Shown piece by piece: positions 8,022 through 19,527 of a stretch of 25,158 bases of DNA. The position numbers and the translations under genes were made by a program. This DNA comes from a virus (Duplodnaviria; Caudoviricetes). Below the pieces are notes generated by a model that saw only the letters and a list, made by a program, of their open reading frames with translations, was not told where the DNA came from and searched no databases. The first letter of the stretch is position 1, and each line of letters begins with the position of its first letter. The stretch covers positions 1 through 25,158 of the IMG/VR virus record IMGVR_UViG_3300016474_001122; one strand, given 5' to 3'.

Positions 8022-9257
8022 TCAGTAATATCCCAAACCCAACATATAAATTGATCTCAATTCGCTTTCAGTGAGAACTCTATTCTCAACGCTAGCAGCA
8101 CCTACCCACCCTGGGTATTTACTAAATGCGGTTGGACCTCCTACCATGTATTCTCCCAATGTACTTCCATAATCAATCGTACCAGGTAGGTTGTTTGTTA
8201 CGCCCAACGTTCCATTGTAATAACCTTTTAGGTTTGTGCCATCATACGTTAGTGCCAAAAATTGCCATTGGTCAACTACGAGTCCATAACCACTCGTGTA
8301 TAGTACCGTTGATGTGTAAAGTGTACCACCTTGTGCAATTCCAACAACCCAGTCTGATCCAGAACCACCTGCCTGAAATATGAATCCAACATACGGAGAA
8401 GTTGTTGGCGATCCGGCTGTGTAAACTTTTGAAAAAATCCAAGAGTAATCTGATACAATTTTAAAGGGTTTAAACCATATCCAAGCCGTCATTGTTGTGG
8501 TTGAGGGATTGGCGGGAACAGTCGAGGTCACAAGCGCAGTTGCTGAATTGTCTCTAAGAAAAATGCACGGGCCATACAATCCCGTGCTTCTATATACACC
8601 ACCGTATGAAACAGTCATATTTAGCGTATTTTGTGTTCCAGTGCTATAATACGGCGCAGATGATTCATCAAATTTGAACCTGACTAGGGTGTTACTGTCA
8701 GGGGCAGGATAACGAGTAGGCGCAGCTCCGGTAGCTCCAGTAGCGCCTGTTGGACCTGTTGGACCTGTAGCTCCAGTCGGTCCAACACCTCCTCCACCGC
8801 CACCAATTGTTTTCCATTCTGAACCATTCCAGTACACGGACAAACTTGAATATGCAGTATTTATAGCTTTGTAAGAAGCAGAATCTATCGTAGCACCACC
8901 TGATCCATAAACATTAATTGGTGACACACCAGCGGTTCCAAAAATATCTTTTATATAATGTAGCTGACCAATTCTTGGATTATTTGGAAGATTGACTCGG
9001 GCCGAAGCAAGGTCAATAGAACCACTAATTCCTATTATTGTATCATTACTACTTGCGTTGATAATTCCCAAATTAGAATTATTTGCCTTATATTCTTTAT
9101 TGTTAACTGACAATCTTCCCGTGAGCATGAGCTCTGACGGAACATTGTTGGTGCCGATTTGTACGTCTTCTGGAAATGCAATTCGGCTTATTTTACCGTT
9201 GTTTTCATCCTTCATCATGAGGACGAAAGATTTTTCTGCTTCTTCTTTTGTTGGCAT
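8022..9257 (-). CDS. Tail fibre/spike with short collagen repeat and C-terminal LamG domain
   Basis: Poly-Gly, then (GXT)n. WQFLALTYDG..LKGYYNG and VENRVLTESELRSIY LamG motifs. Confidence 0.8.
   Translation of the reverse strand: MPTKEEAEKSFVLMMKDENNGKISRIAFPEDVQIGTNNVPSELMLTGRLSVNNKEYKANNSNLGIINASSNDTIIGISGSIDLASARVNLPNNPRIGQLHYIKDIFGTAGVSPINVYGSGGATIDSASYKAINTAYSSLSVYWNGSEWKTIGGGGGGVGPTGATGPTGPTGATGATGAAPTRYPAPDSNTLVRFKFDESSAPYYSTGTQNTLNMTVSYGGVYRSTGLYGPCIFLRDNSATALVTSTVPANPSTTTMTAWIWFKPFKIVSDYSWIFSKVYTAGSPTTSPYVGFIFQAGGSGSDWVVGIAQGGTLYTSTVLYTSGYGLVVDQWQFLALTYDGTNLKGYYNGTLGVTNNLPGTIDYGSTLGEYMVGGPTAFSKYPGWVGAASVENRVLTESELRSIYMLGLGYY
8721..8783 (-). repeat. Collagen-like (Gly-X-Y)7 coding repeat
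   Basis: [21 protein letters not shown]. Confidence 0.85.
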
Positions 9258-9270
9258 CTTATATTACTCG

Positions 9271-12200
9271 TCAAATGAATATGTTGCCTGCGCCGTCTGA
9301 ACCAAATAGGACTTGTGTCGAAGATATGCCACCAACATTTATTTCGCCCCTATTCCTGGTTTCACCATCAAAATATGGCATCGATGATGTTGCTGCGAGG
9401 CTCAAGTTTTGTGACCAGGTATTTTCAGGCTTGACAACTTTATCATTTGAATCAACAAATTTGACCGTGACAGGTCCGTCAAACGTGGTAGATTGATTCT
9501 TGTCATTTACTGTTGTTTGAAATTTTGAATTATTGTAATACTTTGTAAAGGGTCTTTGTTCTAGCATATCCCTAAATTGTCCATATTTTCCTCTTCTCCA
9601 AATACACCTGCTGTATGTTGGAAGACCACTAACAACGCCATATTTCCATCCTCTAATCACCGGGCCAACTTGATAATCTATTGGAACTGTTACGGTACTC
9701 GTAGACCAATTTCTAAATTCAGGTAGGTGATTATTTCCTGCCCTTTTTGTCTTTGTTGAGTTGTCATAATTGATTGTATTCTTATCCCCAAATCCAAACA
9801 AACACTTGGTCAAATCTTCCTTATTCATTTGAACGTTGAGTGAACTTATCACGTTAATGTCAGATTGAATTTTTGGATAAAAATCATTTGAATTATTTTG
9901 ATGATTTATCATTATTGGGAAATAATTCTTGATCGTGATAGGATTTACGAATGATCCATTCCCGGTTGATAGGTCGTATTGAAATTTTGTAGTAAGCGAT
10001 GAAAAAACGTCTAGTATTCTTGTGACACCCGAATATCTTGGCTCAAATGGATATGACCAAGTCCATTTGTTATTATATAGAAGCGCGGTTTCATTAGCAG
10101 AGCTACCATACCCATCAAAGAAATTGAAACCATTATAAATGTCATTAGGAATTTTTGCACCATCAAGAAAGTTACCGGCGGCGTTTCTAAATGAAATTAT
10201 ACGATTTCCATCCTCCCTGAGACATTCAGTAAATGATGGCATTACTGAATCGTAATACCTTTCAGCTTCACAATTAATTGACACAAATCTCTGATTACCA
10301 ACTCTTTCAAACCATGGTTGCAACCTAAATGATTTTGAAGAATTAGAATTTGACTCATATGTTGATGTGTCGGGAGTACCCTTACTACGTGCTTTATGTT
10401 TGCTAAAAACCCTGCCTCTTGACTGGTAATAATTCTCACCTGGCCTCAGGTAAGTTCTATTGCTTATTTGAACCTGAACTAGCATACTACCAGTTATATA
10501 ATGATCAGTGTATGATCCCATGTAGGTTCCATCATATTCTGATTCGTATTGATCAAGTACAGGATTGTCTCCTATGAAACCGTGAATTTGGTTCGTATTT
10601 GTAGGTTGATTCAACCCTTGGTGATACTCAATTCCTGAAGACAATAGAGAACCATATAGGGTAATTTTTATACTACCTGTAGATATTGAAACATCATGTT
10701 TATATGAACCTGTAATGATGTCTAGAGGCGTACTGTCTAGTGGATTCGTACCTCTTGAAAATAGAACTGGTCTCATTTTTGAGATAGCCAAAGTCAATTT
10801 ATCACCTGGCATTACAAGATATGGTGATGGCACAGTTGACATTAGGGGTATGGCTGTGCTAACAGCAAATCCAGTTGGACTTTCATCTATAGCATCCTTT
10901 AGATAAGTTGGGAAATCTATTAGGCTCGATGATACGAACAGTGGATTTGGAAAACTTCCTCCTTTTTGACCTTGAGATTTTTGGAATGTGATATATTCTT
11001 TACCAAACACAGATCTACCTGATGGACTAGAACCTTTTGCGTTTCTGCCAAATGGATCTATATCTTTCACCAGTGTTGAAACTCCAACTCCCAACCCAAC
11101 TGCATTTACGTTTGTGAAAGGAGAAGTTAGATAACTCGTAATAAAATCTTGATTTATTTGCACCTGCGCGCCAGTGTTGTCAAAGTCAGAAGAGTAATCA
11201 AAAAAACTAACTATCGCACCATTTGATATTGCAGGAACACAGTTTATCTGTACGCTTCCTGTAAAAGTTGATCCTACGTTCGGGCTTATGACTGCGGCAG
11301 GCGTGGCTCCATAGCTCAAGAACCCTTCTGGCGAGAAGACGGTAAATTTATCGCCTGCAGCCAATGGCGCCGAATTTCCAGTCCTAGTGAGTTTCACATT
11401 AGCTACGTTATCACCTTCGGGTATTATTGTACCAGTGAGTATTAGGTCTCGATAGACGCTATCTTCGGAAACAATTTGGTTAAACAGGGACACTGTTATT
11501 GCAGGCCCAGCAAAATCAAATACATCTCTGTCTACTCCGAATGGTTGATAAAGTATGTTATCAATACCATCAACTGGGGATCCTGATGTGGTTTTATCAT
11601 TAAACCAGTCGCCTCCCATTGTGAAAGGAATTTCAATTATTGCTTTTTCAATCAAAAATGGGTGATTTATAGGAATGGTAAATTGCTCAGATGATTGTGC
11701 GTTATAATCTGAATTATTTTGTACGCTTTTAGCAAAATATTTCGTTAGAACGCCAGTTTGATCATCCATCGTAAAACCGTTGCCGTTTTTAATTGAATTA
11801 TCAGACTGCCAGTTAGTCGTTACCGCTGATGGATTTGAACCTGAGGCTATCGAATTACCAATTGCACCAAATCCTCTGGCATCCTCCGGATATGATTCCA
11901 GTGTGAGATATATTGAAGGATCGTATACGACATCACTATATTTTGTACCTCGAGGCATGAAGAATCCCCGTGCAGTAGCATTATAATAATGTATTGTAGA
12001 GGTGACAGGTTGTAGGGTTGTTGGATAGTCTATTGGCAAACTTAGTTGTATTTGTGTTTTTGAACGCAAAGGAGAGGTTAGGCTAAACCCAAATAGAGAT
12101 ACATCTGATCCACTAAAAAAGCTATCATTTGTATTTGTTATGACGTATCTACCATCCTCCGAATAAGGTTGTATGTATTCTTTAGGTTCAGAATAGATGA

Positions 12201-13350
12201 AATTTTCAGAAGCATTTTTAGAAGCAGTCATATTAAATTCTATGCCTGATTGGCTAAAAAATGCCTGTCTTTCAGTAATTCCAGATTCTGTGTCGCCATA
12301 AAATCTGGGGATTGTTGTTGGAAAATTTGCTTTACTTGGAGTATATGCGATACTTTTTCTATCGTCAAACGCTCTCAAGAAATTACCAAGTCTTTTATCA
12401 CCTGTTCTTGCGACCAAGGGATACGAAGCTCTGGTATCTCTTTCGCCAATATCTTTTCTTGGAAGACCTTTCTTTCTATTGTAAGGTGGAATGAAAGTGT
12501 ATATGCAACCAGAATCATTCAATCCAGGCCAGTGTTGAGCAGGTTTCAATCTATAATTGTAAGGCAAAGTGCCATCAAGATATGATCCGTAAACAGAACC
12601 ACCATATTCATAAATTTCTCTATATTGATCATTATACCCCAAACCTGTAGAAAAATCTCTAAATCTCCAAGATCTATTATCATTTAGGAATATTCCTACC
12701 GTAGCTCCTTCTTGAGCACTTTCGGGTCCAATGTCTTTTCTATTTTGATATCTAAATTCTATTTTACCATTTTCGTATAGCACAACATCAAATCTTAGCA
12801 ATGAAGAAATACTAACACACGTCCACCTAATCACAAGGCACCTTTGTCCGTCAGGTGATGTTGTATTTTTATACTTTACTGCATATTCTGAATGACGGGT
12901 TGGATTGTATCCTATTCCTGGCAATTCGATTCCTGAGGCGATGTCACTAGAGTAACCTGTTTGGTTACTAACACCAGCCAAATTATCAAACCACGGGCAA
13001 AGCAACGCGTGTTGATTTGAGAATATATCACTAATAAAATCATTTCTATCCGGTCTGTTTGAGGTGAATATGTCAGTCAATGAAAATGATGATATACTTT
13101 TCTCTATTAGCGCGACCCAACCATCAGTTGCGGCAACAAACCCGGTATAAACTTTAGTATCAAAGTTAAAATTAAAACCTATTGGAATTATATTGCTAAC
13201 AAATTCACTGTACGTGCCACTCCCTGAGGCATCTTTCATGGATCTATATGCGCTTGGAAATAGTCCTGCGTCAGATGAAACAGTTCTAGTTAGAACATAA
13301 TTCTCAAAATAATTTGTTGGTGGAATTCTTGATGATTTTGTGCTTGCCAT
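9271..13350 (-). CDS. Large virion structural/baseplate protein with a NIDO-like N-terminal region
   Basis: 1359 aa, S/T/G/N rich. IPIGFNFNF...LLCPWFDNL...FDVVLYENGKIEFRY resembles nidogen-like modules. Inside the baseplate operon. No TTA in frame. Confidence 0.65.
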   Translation of the reverse strand: MASTKSSRIPPTNYFENYVLTRTVSSDAGLFPSAYRSMKDASGSGTYSEFVSNIIPIGFNFNFDTKVYTGFVAATDGWVALIEKSISSFSLTDIFTSNRPDRNDFISDIFSNQHALLCPWFDNLAGVSNQTGYSSDIASGIELPGIGYNPTRHSEYAVKYKNTTSPDGQRCLVIRWTCVSISSLLRFDVVLYENGKIEFRYQNRKDIGPESAQEGATVGIFLNDNRSWRFRDFSTGLGYNDQYREIYEYGGSVYGSYLDGTLPYNYRLKPAQHWPGLNDSGCIYTFIPPYNRKKGLPRKDIGERDTRASYPLVARTGDKRLGNFLRAFDDRKSIAYTPSKANFPTTIPRFYGDTESGITERQAFFSQSGIEFNMTASKNASENFIYSEPKEYIQPYSEDGRYVITNTNDSFFSGSDVSLFGFSLTSPLRSKTQIQLSLPIDYPTTLQPVTSTIHYYNATARGFFMPRGTKYSDVVYDPSIYLTLESYPEDARGFGAIGNSIASGSNPSAVTTNWQSDNSIKNGNGFTMDDQTGVLTKYFAKSVQNNSDYNAQSSEQFTIPINHPFLIEKAIIEIPFTMGGDWFNDKTTSGSPVDGIDNILYQPFGVDRDVFDFAGPAITVSLFNQIVSEDSVYRDLILTGTIIPEGDNVANVKLTRTGNSAPLAAGDKFTVFSPEGFLSYGATPAAVISPNVGSTFTGSVQINCVPAISNGAIVSFFDYSSDFDNTGAQVQINQDFITSYLTSPFTNVNAVGLGVGVSTLVKDIDPFGRNAKGSSPSGRSVFGKEYITFQKSQGQKGGSFPNPLFVSSSLIDFPTYLKDAIDESPTGFAVSTAIPLMSTVPSPYLVMPGDKLTLAISKMRPVLFSRGTNPLDSTPLDIITGSYKHDVSISTGSIKITLYGSLLSSGIEYHQGLNQPTNTNQIHGFIGDNPVLDQYESEYDGTYMGSYTDHYITGSMLVQVQISNRTYLRPGENYYQSRGRVFSKHKARSKGTPDTSTYESNSNSSKSFRLQPWFERVGNQRFVSINCEAERYYDSVMPSFTECLREDGNRIISFRNAAGNFLDGAKIPNDIYNGFNFFDGYGSSANETALLYNNKWTWSYPFEPRYSGVTRILDVFSSLTTKFQYDLSTGNGSFVNPITIKNYFPIMINHQNNSNDFYPKIQSDINVISSLNVQMNKEDLTKCLFGFGDKNTINYDNSTKTKRAGNNHLPEFRNWSTSTVTVPIDYQVGPVIRGWKYGVVSGLPTYSRCIWRRGKYGQFRDMLEQRPFTKYYNNSKFQTTVNDKNQSTTFDGPVTVKFVDSNDKVVKPENTWSQNLSLAATSSMPYFDGETRNRGEINVGGISSTQVLFGSDGAGNIFI

Positions 13351-14486
13351 AAATAAATCATGCCTCCAAAGGCTATCGAGTCAGTGCCAACCATGACGTT
13401 ATTATCATAATCCCAACCCGTTGTTGCTGACCTTTGTTTATTAGATAGATAGTTTTCCGTGCTTCCTGACATTGAGTTAAGGGCTGTTTTCATATCAATT
13501 TCGTAAGATCCTGTAAGGCCAGTAATTGTCTTTGATATTACAATATCGTCATAAGGTTTCAATTTCGTAGTTTCATTAATAAAGTAACCTGCGATGGGCA
13601 AACCAGTTTTTGTTACTTCTATCAAGTCCAAAAATGGAACAAAATCCGGGATGGATTCAAATTCATAAACGGTACAAACTTGGTCTGATGCTCTCTTGTA
13701 ATTTGGATTTCCTGACATGACATCCCCTCTAACGTCATGTGATTCAAACGGAAAATCTATGCTGGAGAATGTAGATTTTGCTCTAATTGTAAGAGGTTCT
13801 ATCGCACCATCAAACGCATAATTATATGTTATGTCATTGTCAATAACTTGATAGTTTCTTTCTCTTACTTCCAATATTATTTCTTGTTGACTATTGATGT
13901 ATGTAATTGGATTGAATTTTGATTTATTGTCAACGTAATAATCTACGTAATTTGACATATCGTAATCCGAACCAAAATTACATTTTCTTATAATGTGACC
14001 AACTTCACCAGCGTGAATTTTGACCATCATTCCATCCACAAAGTGACTAAACTTAGTCATTTCTACGCCTTGCCTATAACCATCAAATTTGCTAGTGTCT
14101 ATGCTAGATGTATTGACGTATATTGGTGTCGCAGTCTTTTTTGTTGATTTGTAAACTTGTTTTTGTGAACCTAGTACGGTTGGACTTTCCGCGAAAGTAT
14201 TATTTTTATTTACTGTTGCGCCATTCTGAAAAAAATTTGTGATTTGTTCCGCAGGAGTTACTTTTACAAATCCATTTTTTTGAATTATCGCATCGCTAAT
14301 TTCTGTTTTCGTAGCTGTCGTTTTTATGTCTGGGACTTGTTGCGCAGCATACTCAGAATAGTTACTTTGAAATGGTTTACTTACAGTGGTGTCATTACTT
14401 TGTGCGGCAATGGTTGCTTGTTCAACGTTATCAAAAGCTTTGTCACTAACGTATGTTTCTTTTTCTTGAATTTCGTTGTATGGCAT
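13350..14486 (-). CDS. Hypothetical virion/baseplate protein
   Basis: Ends GTDSIAFGGMIY then TTA, overlapping the next ATG by 1 nt (TTATG). The standard end at 13290 would overlap by 61 nt. Confidence 0.7.
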
Positions 14487-14487
14487 G

Positions 14488-17400
14488 TTAGTATTTCTTT
14501 ATGTTTCCAACGACTTGTTGTAGTAGCAACACGTCCTTAATTTTATTTCTGTCTGACTCTCCAAGATATATCTCTGAAGAATAGTATTCCAGCTTATTTC
14601 TCTCCAACATGTGAGATTCAATTACAAAATTTGTTCCTTTAAATTTTGTTTTTCTTGGAATCAATTGATCAATGATTGTCCCAATTGACCTGTCAAACCA
14701 TCTAAAGAAATTAAAGAATCCTTGAAAGTTAATCTTTTCACTAATTCGATTGAAATATATTTCTCTCAATTTTGCTAGATCGGGATAATCTGGTGAATAG
14801 ACTAGTTCAGGTGAGCCCAAGGCACTCTCAATTGTTTCAAATGTTGAAAACATTGTAACTATATCTTTATTCAACGAGTCTATGATTGAAAATTCTATTG
14901 ACAATCTGACATCATCGCTTGGTTTTTCTGAGGGATTCAATTCATTCACAGGTGCAGGCATTGCCCAAGGTTTTTCTTTTACAAGATCATAATCTTGATA
15001 TCCTCTAATTCTTATTTTTTCTGATGATGATGCCTCATCAAAATAAGGAGAAAGGTAACTATGATCGAATATTTCTCCTACTAGCGTTTGCTTATCAATT
15101 GGAAAGCCTGTGCCTGAAACGTGCAAATTATTCAAGCTAAAATCTAGGAATTTTATTGTTCCCAAATTTCCCAACGCGATATCGCTATTTGCGGTTCTTA
15201 CTTCTTGCTTCATTAGTGAATCTAGACGTAGTCTTTCCCAAGAACCCGTAGCGTTACTAACAAAATTCCAATTGCTATACGGATTATTCACCCCAAGAGA
15301 TTTATAATTTAGAATATGTTCCTTCCACTCAGATGCACTAAAAGATTTTGACCAAAATCTTAGGTTTGATACCTTACCATTAAAGGAAGTAATTCTTGAA
15401 GTGGTAGGAGAACGCACTGAGTCACTTAGAAATTTATAAGAAGGACCAGCATTAAAACTTTGATTATTGCCTATCGCAATATATGTTCCAGAAGCATTGT
15501 AAGTTGCGTTTATTGTTCTGAACACATTATCTTCAGCATACGGAGTTTCTTCGAAATATGATGAGGTTGTTTGATACCACGTCATTTCTCCATTAAGCTG
15601 TGAACCTGCTCTTAGATAATAAGATGATGAAACCCTAGAGCCAATGGAGTCATTTCTTGTGCATCCAAATGATATATTCCATCTGGATTCATCGAATAGG
15701 CCCATTGAAGGCATGGGCAATTCTAGTTTAAACAACGGAGAGTTACTATTAGTACCGGGTCTAACGTATAGTTCTATCCTAGAGCCTGATGATGAATATA
15801 TGCTTATTAGATTTGCAACACAAGACAATCCATCAGAACCTGTTACAAACATTCTACACAAACTTTGTTTGTCTGAATCTTGAAAAAAGTCCAAATTTTT
15901 TGGAAGATACTTGTATATTGCTTCTACACACCACGAACCAGAGGTTAGCAGACCATCGTTTATATTGTCTGAGACACCATGTGGTGGAAATTGTTTTTTA
16001 AATACCATATTCCCAATTGGATTTGGGTAACCTATTTCAATTCTAGAAGATGAAAGAAATGGTGTTATAGCAAGAGAAGACGTGGTAAATTGTGCCATCG
16101 CTCCGGCGTCTTGTTTTTTCTCTCTTGAATATGTCAATTGACGTTTTGTAGGTCCACCATATTCTCTTATTCTTAGAGAATTCTCGGGATCAATACCGAT
16201 TGAACGCAAAAATGATTTAATGGAATGTTGAGTGCCTTTCGATCTTAGTATGTCAGGTAGATTTATTAGCACTCTTTTTAGCAATTCATTTTGTATGTAC
16301 TTTAGTGGATATGTTGATGTTGCAATTTCTTCACCTATATTTTCAGCATCAACATATTGTTCGATGCTTGAATTTGTAAAAAGAGGAGGTATGTGAAATC
16401 CATTTTGTTTTGCAAGATCGAAAAGAAAGTTTTTTGGCATATTATCTACGCCAGCATAATCAACGTATCCATAATTTCCGAAAGTATCAATCGATATTTT
16501 AATTTCATCAAAAAATTTTGCCCATATGTAAAGAAATGATGCGATTATTTGTGATGAATTAAGTTTTCCTTGACCAGGAATTCCAGTGCCAGAGTAAGGC
16601 GTAAATGACTCATTATCAACGTTAATGCCCACTCCATCTTGAACTTCAGCTTCAACAAAATAATGTTGTGGAATTAGTCTGGTAATCAAATTAGGATTTT
16701 GTTTGTCATATTCAGAGGCCGAAAGCAACAAATCATTATTCAATGAAACTACACCGGGATATGCTGGGAAAAGAACGGGATAAGTTTCTGACTTTTCATA
16801 TATCATAAGGCTATTTTCATCAGTTGATGCATCTTGTCTCAAACTACCTGTGTAGTTTGTTATCAATGCATGCAATGAATTCCCGGAACTATCAAGAACT
16901 ATTGAATTTACTGGATCTGTAGAGATTGGTGTCAGGGGAGGTGGAGGCTCATTGAATCTGTAATAAAGTTTTAGTTCAGGAGACGCGTATATTGCTTTCT
17001 TCTCAAATAGTTTTTGTTGCTTTTCTGTTCTTATACCGTGAAAAATTCTAAATTCATCTATGCTTCCACTGAATGTTTGAGCAGGTACAAAATTTCCTCC
17101 ATCAATTGTTATTGTTGTACCCGTTCCAATCAAAATTTCTGATTGGCTAATTCCCATATCACCAATTTGATATTTGCTCTTTGATTTTTGTTTTAGTTCA
17201 GAATTTACAAAAAATTCTGCATAATCAACGCCACTACTTCTATTTAGCGTTGCACAAATATGATTAAATTTACCTTTTTCAAGAGTTACAAATGTAGTGA
17301 TATTTTTGTTATCATTGATTACGCTAAATGATACGTTGGCTTGAGTAACTGAAGTAGATTGGGAAACGTACAATGAAATTCCGTGTTTACTATCAGATGC

Positions 17401-17976
17401 TTTTTGAAAAATTACCTGATTATCATTGGCTTGTTCTGGTAGAAATACATGTGTTTCAATTGTGAATGATTTGTCACCACCGGGATCTATGATGGGATCT
17501 CCTGATTTTTTGCTCGATATATCTGGGTAAAGAAATCCAGCTTGGTCTTTAATTTTTATCCATGTTCCCAGTGTGCCATCATCATCTTCACCCGTAAGGG
17601 TTCCGGAAAAATGCAATTGACCCTTATATTTTGGGAAATTATCAAATACCCATTTTTCAAATCCAGTCAATTTTTCAAAGAATTTTTCAATTTCTTGTCT
17701 CGTACCATCAAATGGGTAACCATTAATAATTTGATCAAATGCAAGATTTACCTTAGCTTCTGCTGAAGAAAAAAAAGTATGATTTTCAAATTTTGACCAA
17801 TCAACATCTAGTTGCTGAGTATTTTTTATCGGATAACCAACCGGATCATACAGAAATGATGACGTGCTAGAAAAATTCGTGTTCTGCAGGTCACTAAATG
17901 ATGTCTCTGTTGTTTTGTTGTCCTCTAGCGCATGTTTTATGAATGAGGGAATGTAAGGTGAAATGTTGACTGGCAT
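14488..17976 (-). CDS. Baseplate wedge protein (gp7/tail-I-like) with LamG domain
   Basis: FSGSIDEFRIFH LamG motif. LINLPDILRSKGT..SIKSFLRSIG..LRIREYGG wedge-type motif. Lies downstream of the gp6-like gene. Confidence 0.7.
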   Translation of the reverse strand: MPVNISPYIPSFIKHALEDNKTTETSFSDLQNTNFSSTSSFLYDPVGYPIKNTQQLDVDWSKFENHTFFSSAEAKVNLAFDQIINGYPFDGTRQEIEKFFEKLTGFEKWVFDNFPKYKGQLHFSGTLTGEDDDGTLGTWIKIKDQAGFLYPDISSKKSGDPIIDPGGDKSFTIETHVFLPEQANDNQVIFQKASDSKHGISLYVSQSTSVTQANVSFSVINDNKNITTFVTLEKGKFNHICATLNRSSGVDYAEFFVNSELKQKSKSKYQIGDMGISQSEILIGTGTTITIDGGNFVPAQTFSGSIDEFRIFHGIRTEKQQKLFEKKAIYASPELKLYYRFNEPPPPLTPISTDPVNSIVLDSSGNSLHALITNYTGSLRQDASTDENSLMIYEKSETYPVLFPAYPGVVSLNNDLLLSASEYDKQNPNLITRLIPQHYFVEAEVQDGVGINVDNESFTPYSGTGIPGQGKLNSSQIIASFLYIWAKFFDEIKISIDTFGNYGYVDYAGVDNMPKNFLFDLAKQNGFHIPPLFTNSSIEQYVDAENIGEEIATSTYPLKYIQNELLKRVLINLPDILRSKGTQHSIKSFLRSIGIDPENSLRIREYGGPTKRQLTYSREKKQDAGAMAQFTTSSLAITPFLSSSRIEIGYPNPIGNMVFKKQFPPHGVSDNINDGLLTSGSWCVEAIYKYLPKNLDFFQDSDKQSLCRMFVTGSDGLSCVANLISIYSSSGSRIELYVRPGTNSNSPLFKLELPMPSMGLFDESRWNISFGCTRNDSIGSRVSSSYYLRAGSQLNGEMTWYQTTSSYFEETPYAEDNVFRTINATYNASGTYIAIGNNQSFNAGPSYKFLSDSVRSPTTSRITSFNGKVSNLRFWSKSFSASEWKEHILNYKSLGVNNPYSNWNFVSNATGSWERLRLDSLMKQEVRTANSDIALGNLGTIKFLDFSLNNLHVSGTGFPIDKQTLVGEIFDHSYLSPYFDEASSSEKIRIRGYQDYDLVKEKPWAMPAPVNELNPSEKPSDDVRLSIEFSIIDSLNKDIVTMFSTFETIESALGSPELVYSPDYPDLAKLREIYFNRISEKINFQGFFNFFRWFDRSIGTIIDQLIPRKTKFKGTNFVIESHMLERNKLEYYSSEIYLGESDRNKIKDVLLLQQVVGNIKKY

Positions 17977-17988
17977 TTTTTCCTGCTA

Positions 17989-19527
17989 TAATTGTGAGTT
18001 GCTAACTTTAAAGATTGGTGATACATTTTTATAAAGTTGGTATTCGCCTCCAATTAGAATTTTTATGTCAATTACGTAACTTTGTTCCTTGGCGAGATTT
18101 GATGTATCCACCCTAAAAAACATTCCCTTTGAATCACAAGAAACTCTTGTCGATCCTTTCAACGTATCAAATGGAATTACTACCTCTTGTGTATTTGAAT
18201 TTCTTATGCTATAAAAAGCACTTGTGACGATTCCCTGAAGGGCACCGGGTGATTCAACTGGGACTCTTGAAAGTTCGATTAGAGGTGATGTATAATCAAA
18301 TATGTTTACTCTAACGGGTATAATTTCATTATCTCCATGTATTGAATTAACGCCATAGATTGAAACATTGAATTTTTTAGGAGACAAATTAGAAGATCCT
18401 CTTGATATCACAGAAGGCGTAGAAAACTTGACTTGAGAACCTGTGTGATAAGCGACCTTACCATCGATCGATCCCCAAATTGGCGTCAGTTTTATCGTAC
18501 TGCCCGTTGATATAAGCGAATTTATAATATACTGATTACTAGACGACAAATAAATTGAGGCGGAGTAAACGCCTGTCATAAAATTTTTGCCGGCGGCATG
18601 TTGACTACCCGTAAAAATAAATTCTTCCACACCACCAGATTTTTCAAGTTGCAACTTTAGAATTATGCAATTACTTCCAGTTATTTGGATGTTATTGCTC
18701 CCTGAAGTTAGATTGCTTAGATTACCATGATCATAATTCCAAAGAAACATAGTTTCCTTAGAATCAAAGGTCATTCCTTGCGACGTGTCAATTATCGAAT
18801 CATCAAAACCAACTTCAAGTCTTGGATGCTTAGATTCATTGTATGCATGTCTTGATGCAAATCTTTTAACAAAGTAAGTGTAATTATTGTTTTCTTCAGA
18901 AGGTGAAAATGCTATTCTAAATCCTGAATCCGGTATTTGATTTGACAACGTGCTGGATATTGCTTTAGTTACATCTACGTACAAATCTTCTTCACCTGAT
19001 GTGAAGTATTGTGTTGTAGACAATTGACCCGTTGTCATAGATCCTGTGATATAATCACACAAATCATCAATAGTACCAGATTTATAACAGCCAATTTCCT
19101 TCCAAGTATTATTAGGAACAGAGGCGGTAACAAAATTACAAACATCCTTATCGCTGTAAAGGACTACGTCCTTACCTCTTCCTTCGTCAAATGACGCTGA
19201 GAGAGGCGATACTGCGATTGTATAATTGTTGGGTGTGGGTTGTCCTCCATATACATCAAATAGTTTTATTCGTGCAAAAAAACTACTGTGTGTGTAATCT
19301 ATTGAACCTGAAGACACCAATCCTCTCAATTCAGAAATGTCGAAGTGTATCAATATTCTTGACAATTCTCTTAGAGGAGTGCTACCGGACATCGACATTC
19401 CGTACAATTTGTAAAGATCAAGTGAACTAGCCAATCCTACATTTGAATTATAAGAGCCGGAAATTTTTCCTTTTATCACCTTATTTGTAATGTAGGTGTC
19501 TTTATCTGCTTTGAATACTTTAAACAT
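17989..19527 (-). CDS. Baseplate-associated structural protein (DNRLRE-like N-terminus)
   Basis: ADKDTYIT...SRILIHFD...HPRLEV pattern. TGATG coupling with the upstream gene. Ends TTA-TAG (standard end 17986). Confidence 0.65.

Noticed and set aside
13348-13352. Single TAA-to-TTA sequencing error or stop-loss mutation
   Set aside because: It could explain one junction, but not 15 ends plus the absence of internal TTA. Raw reads should still be checked.
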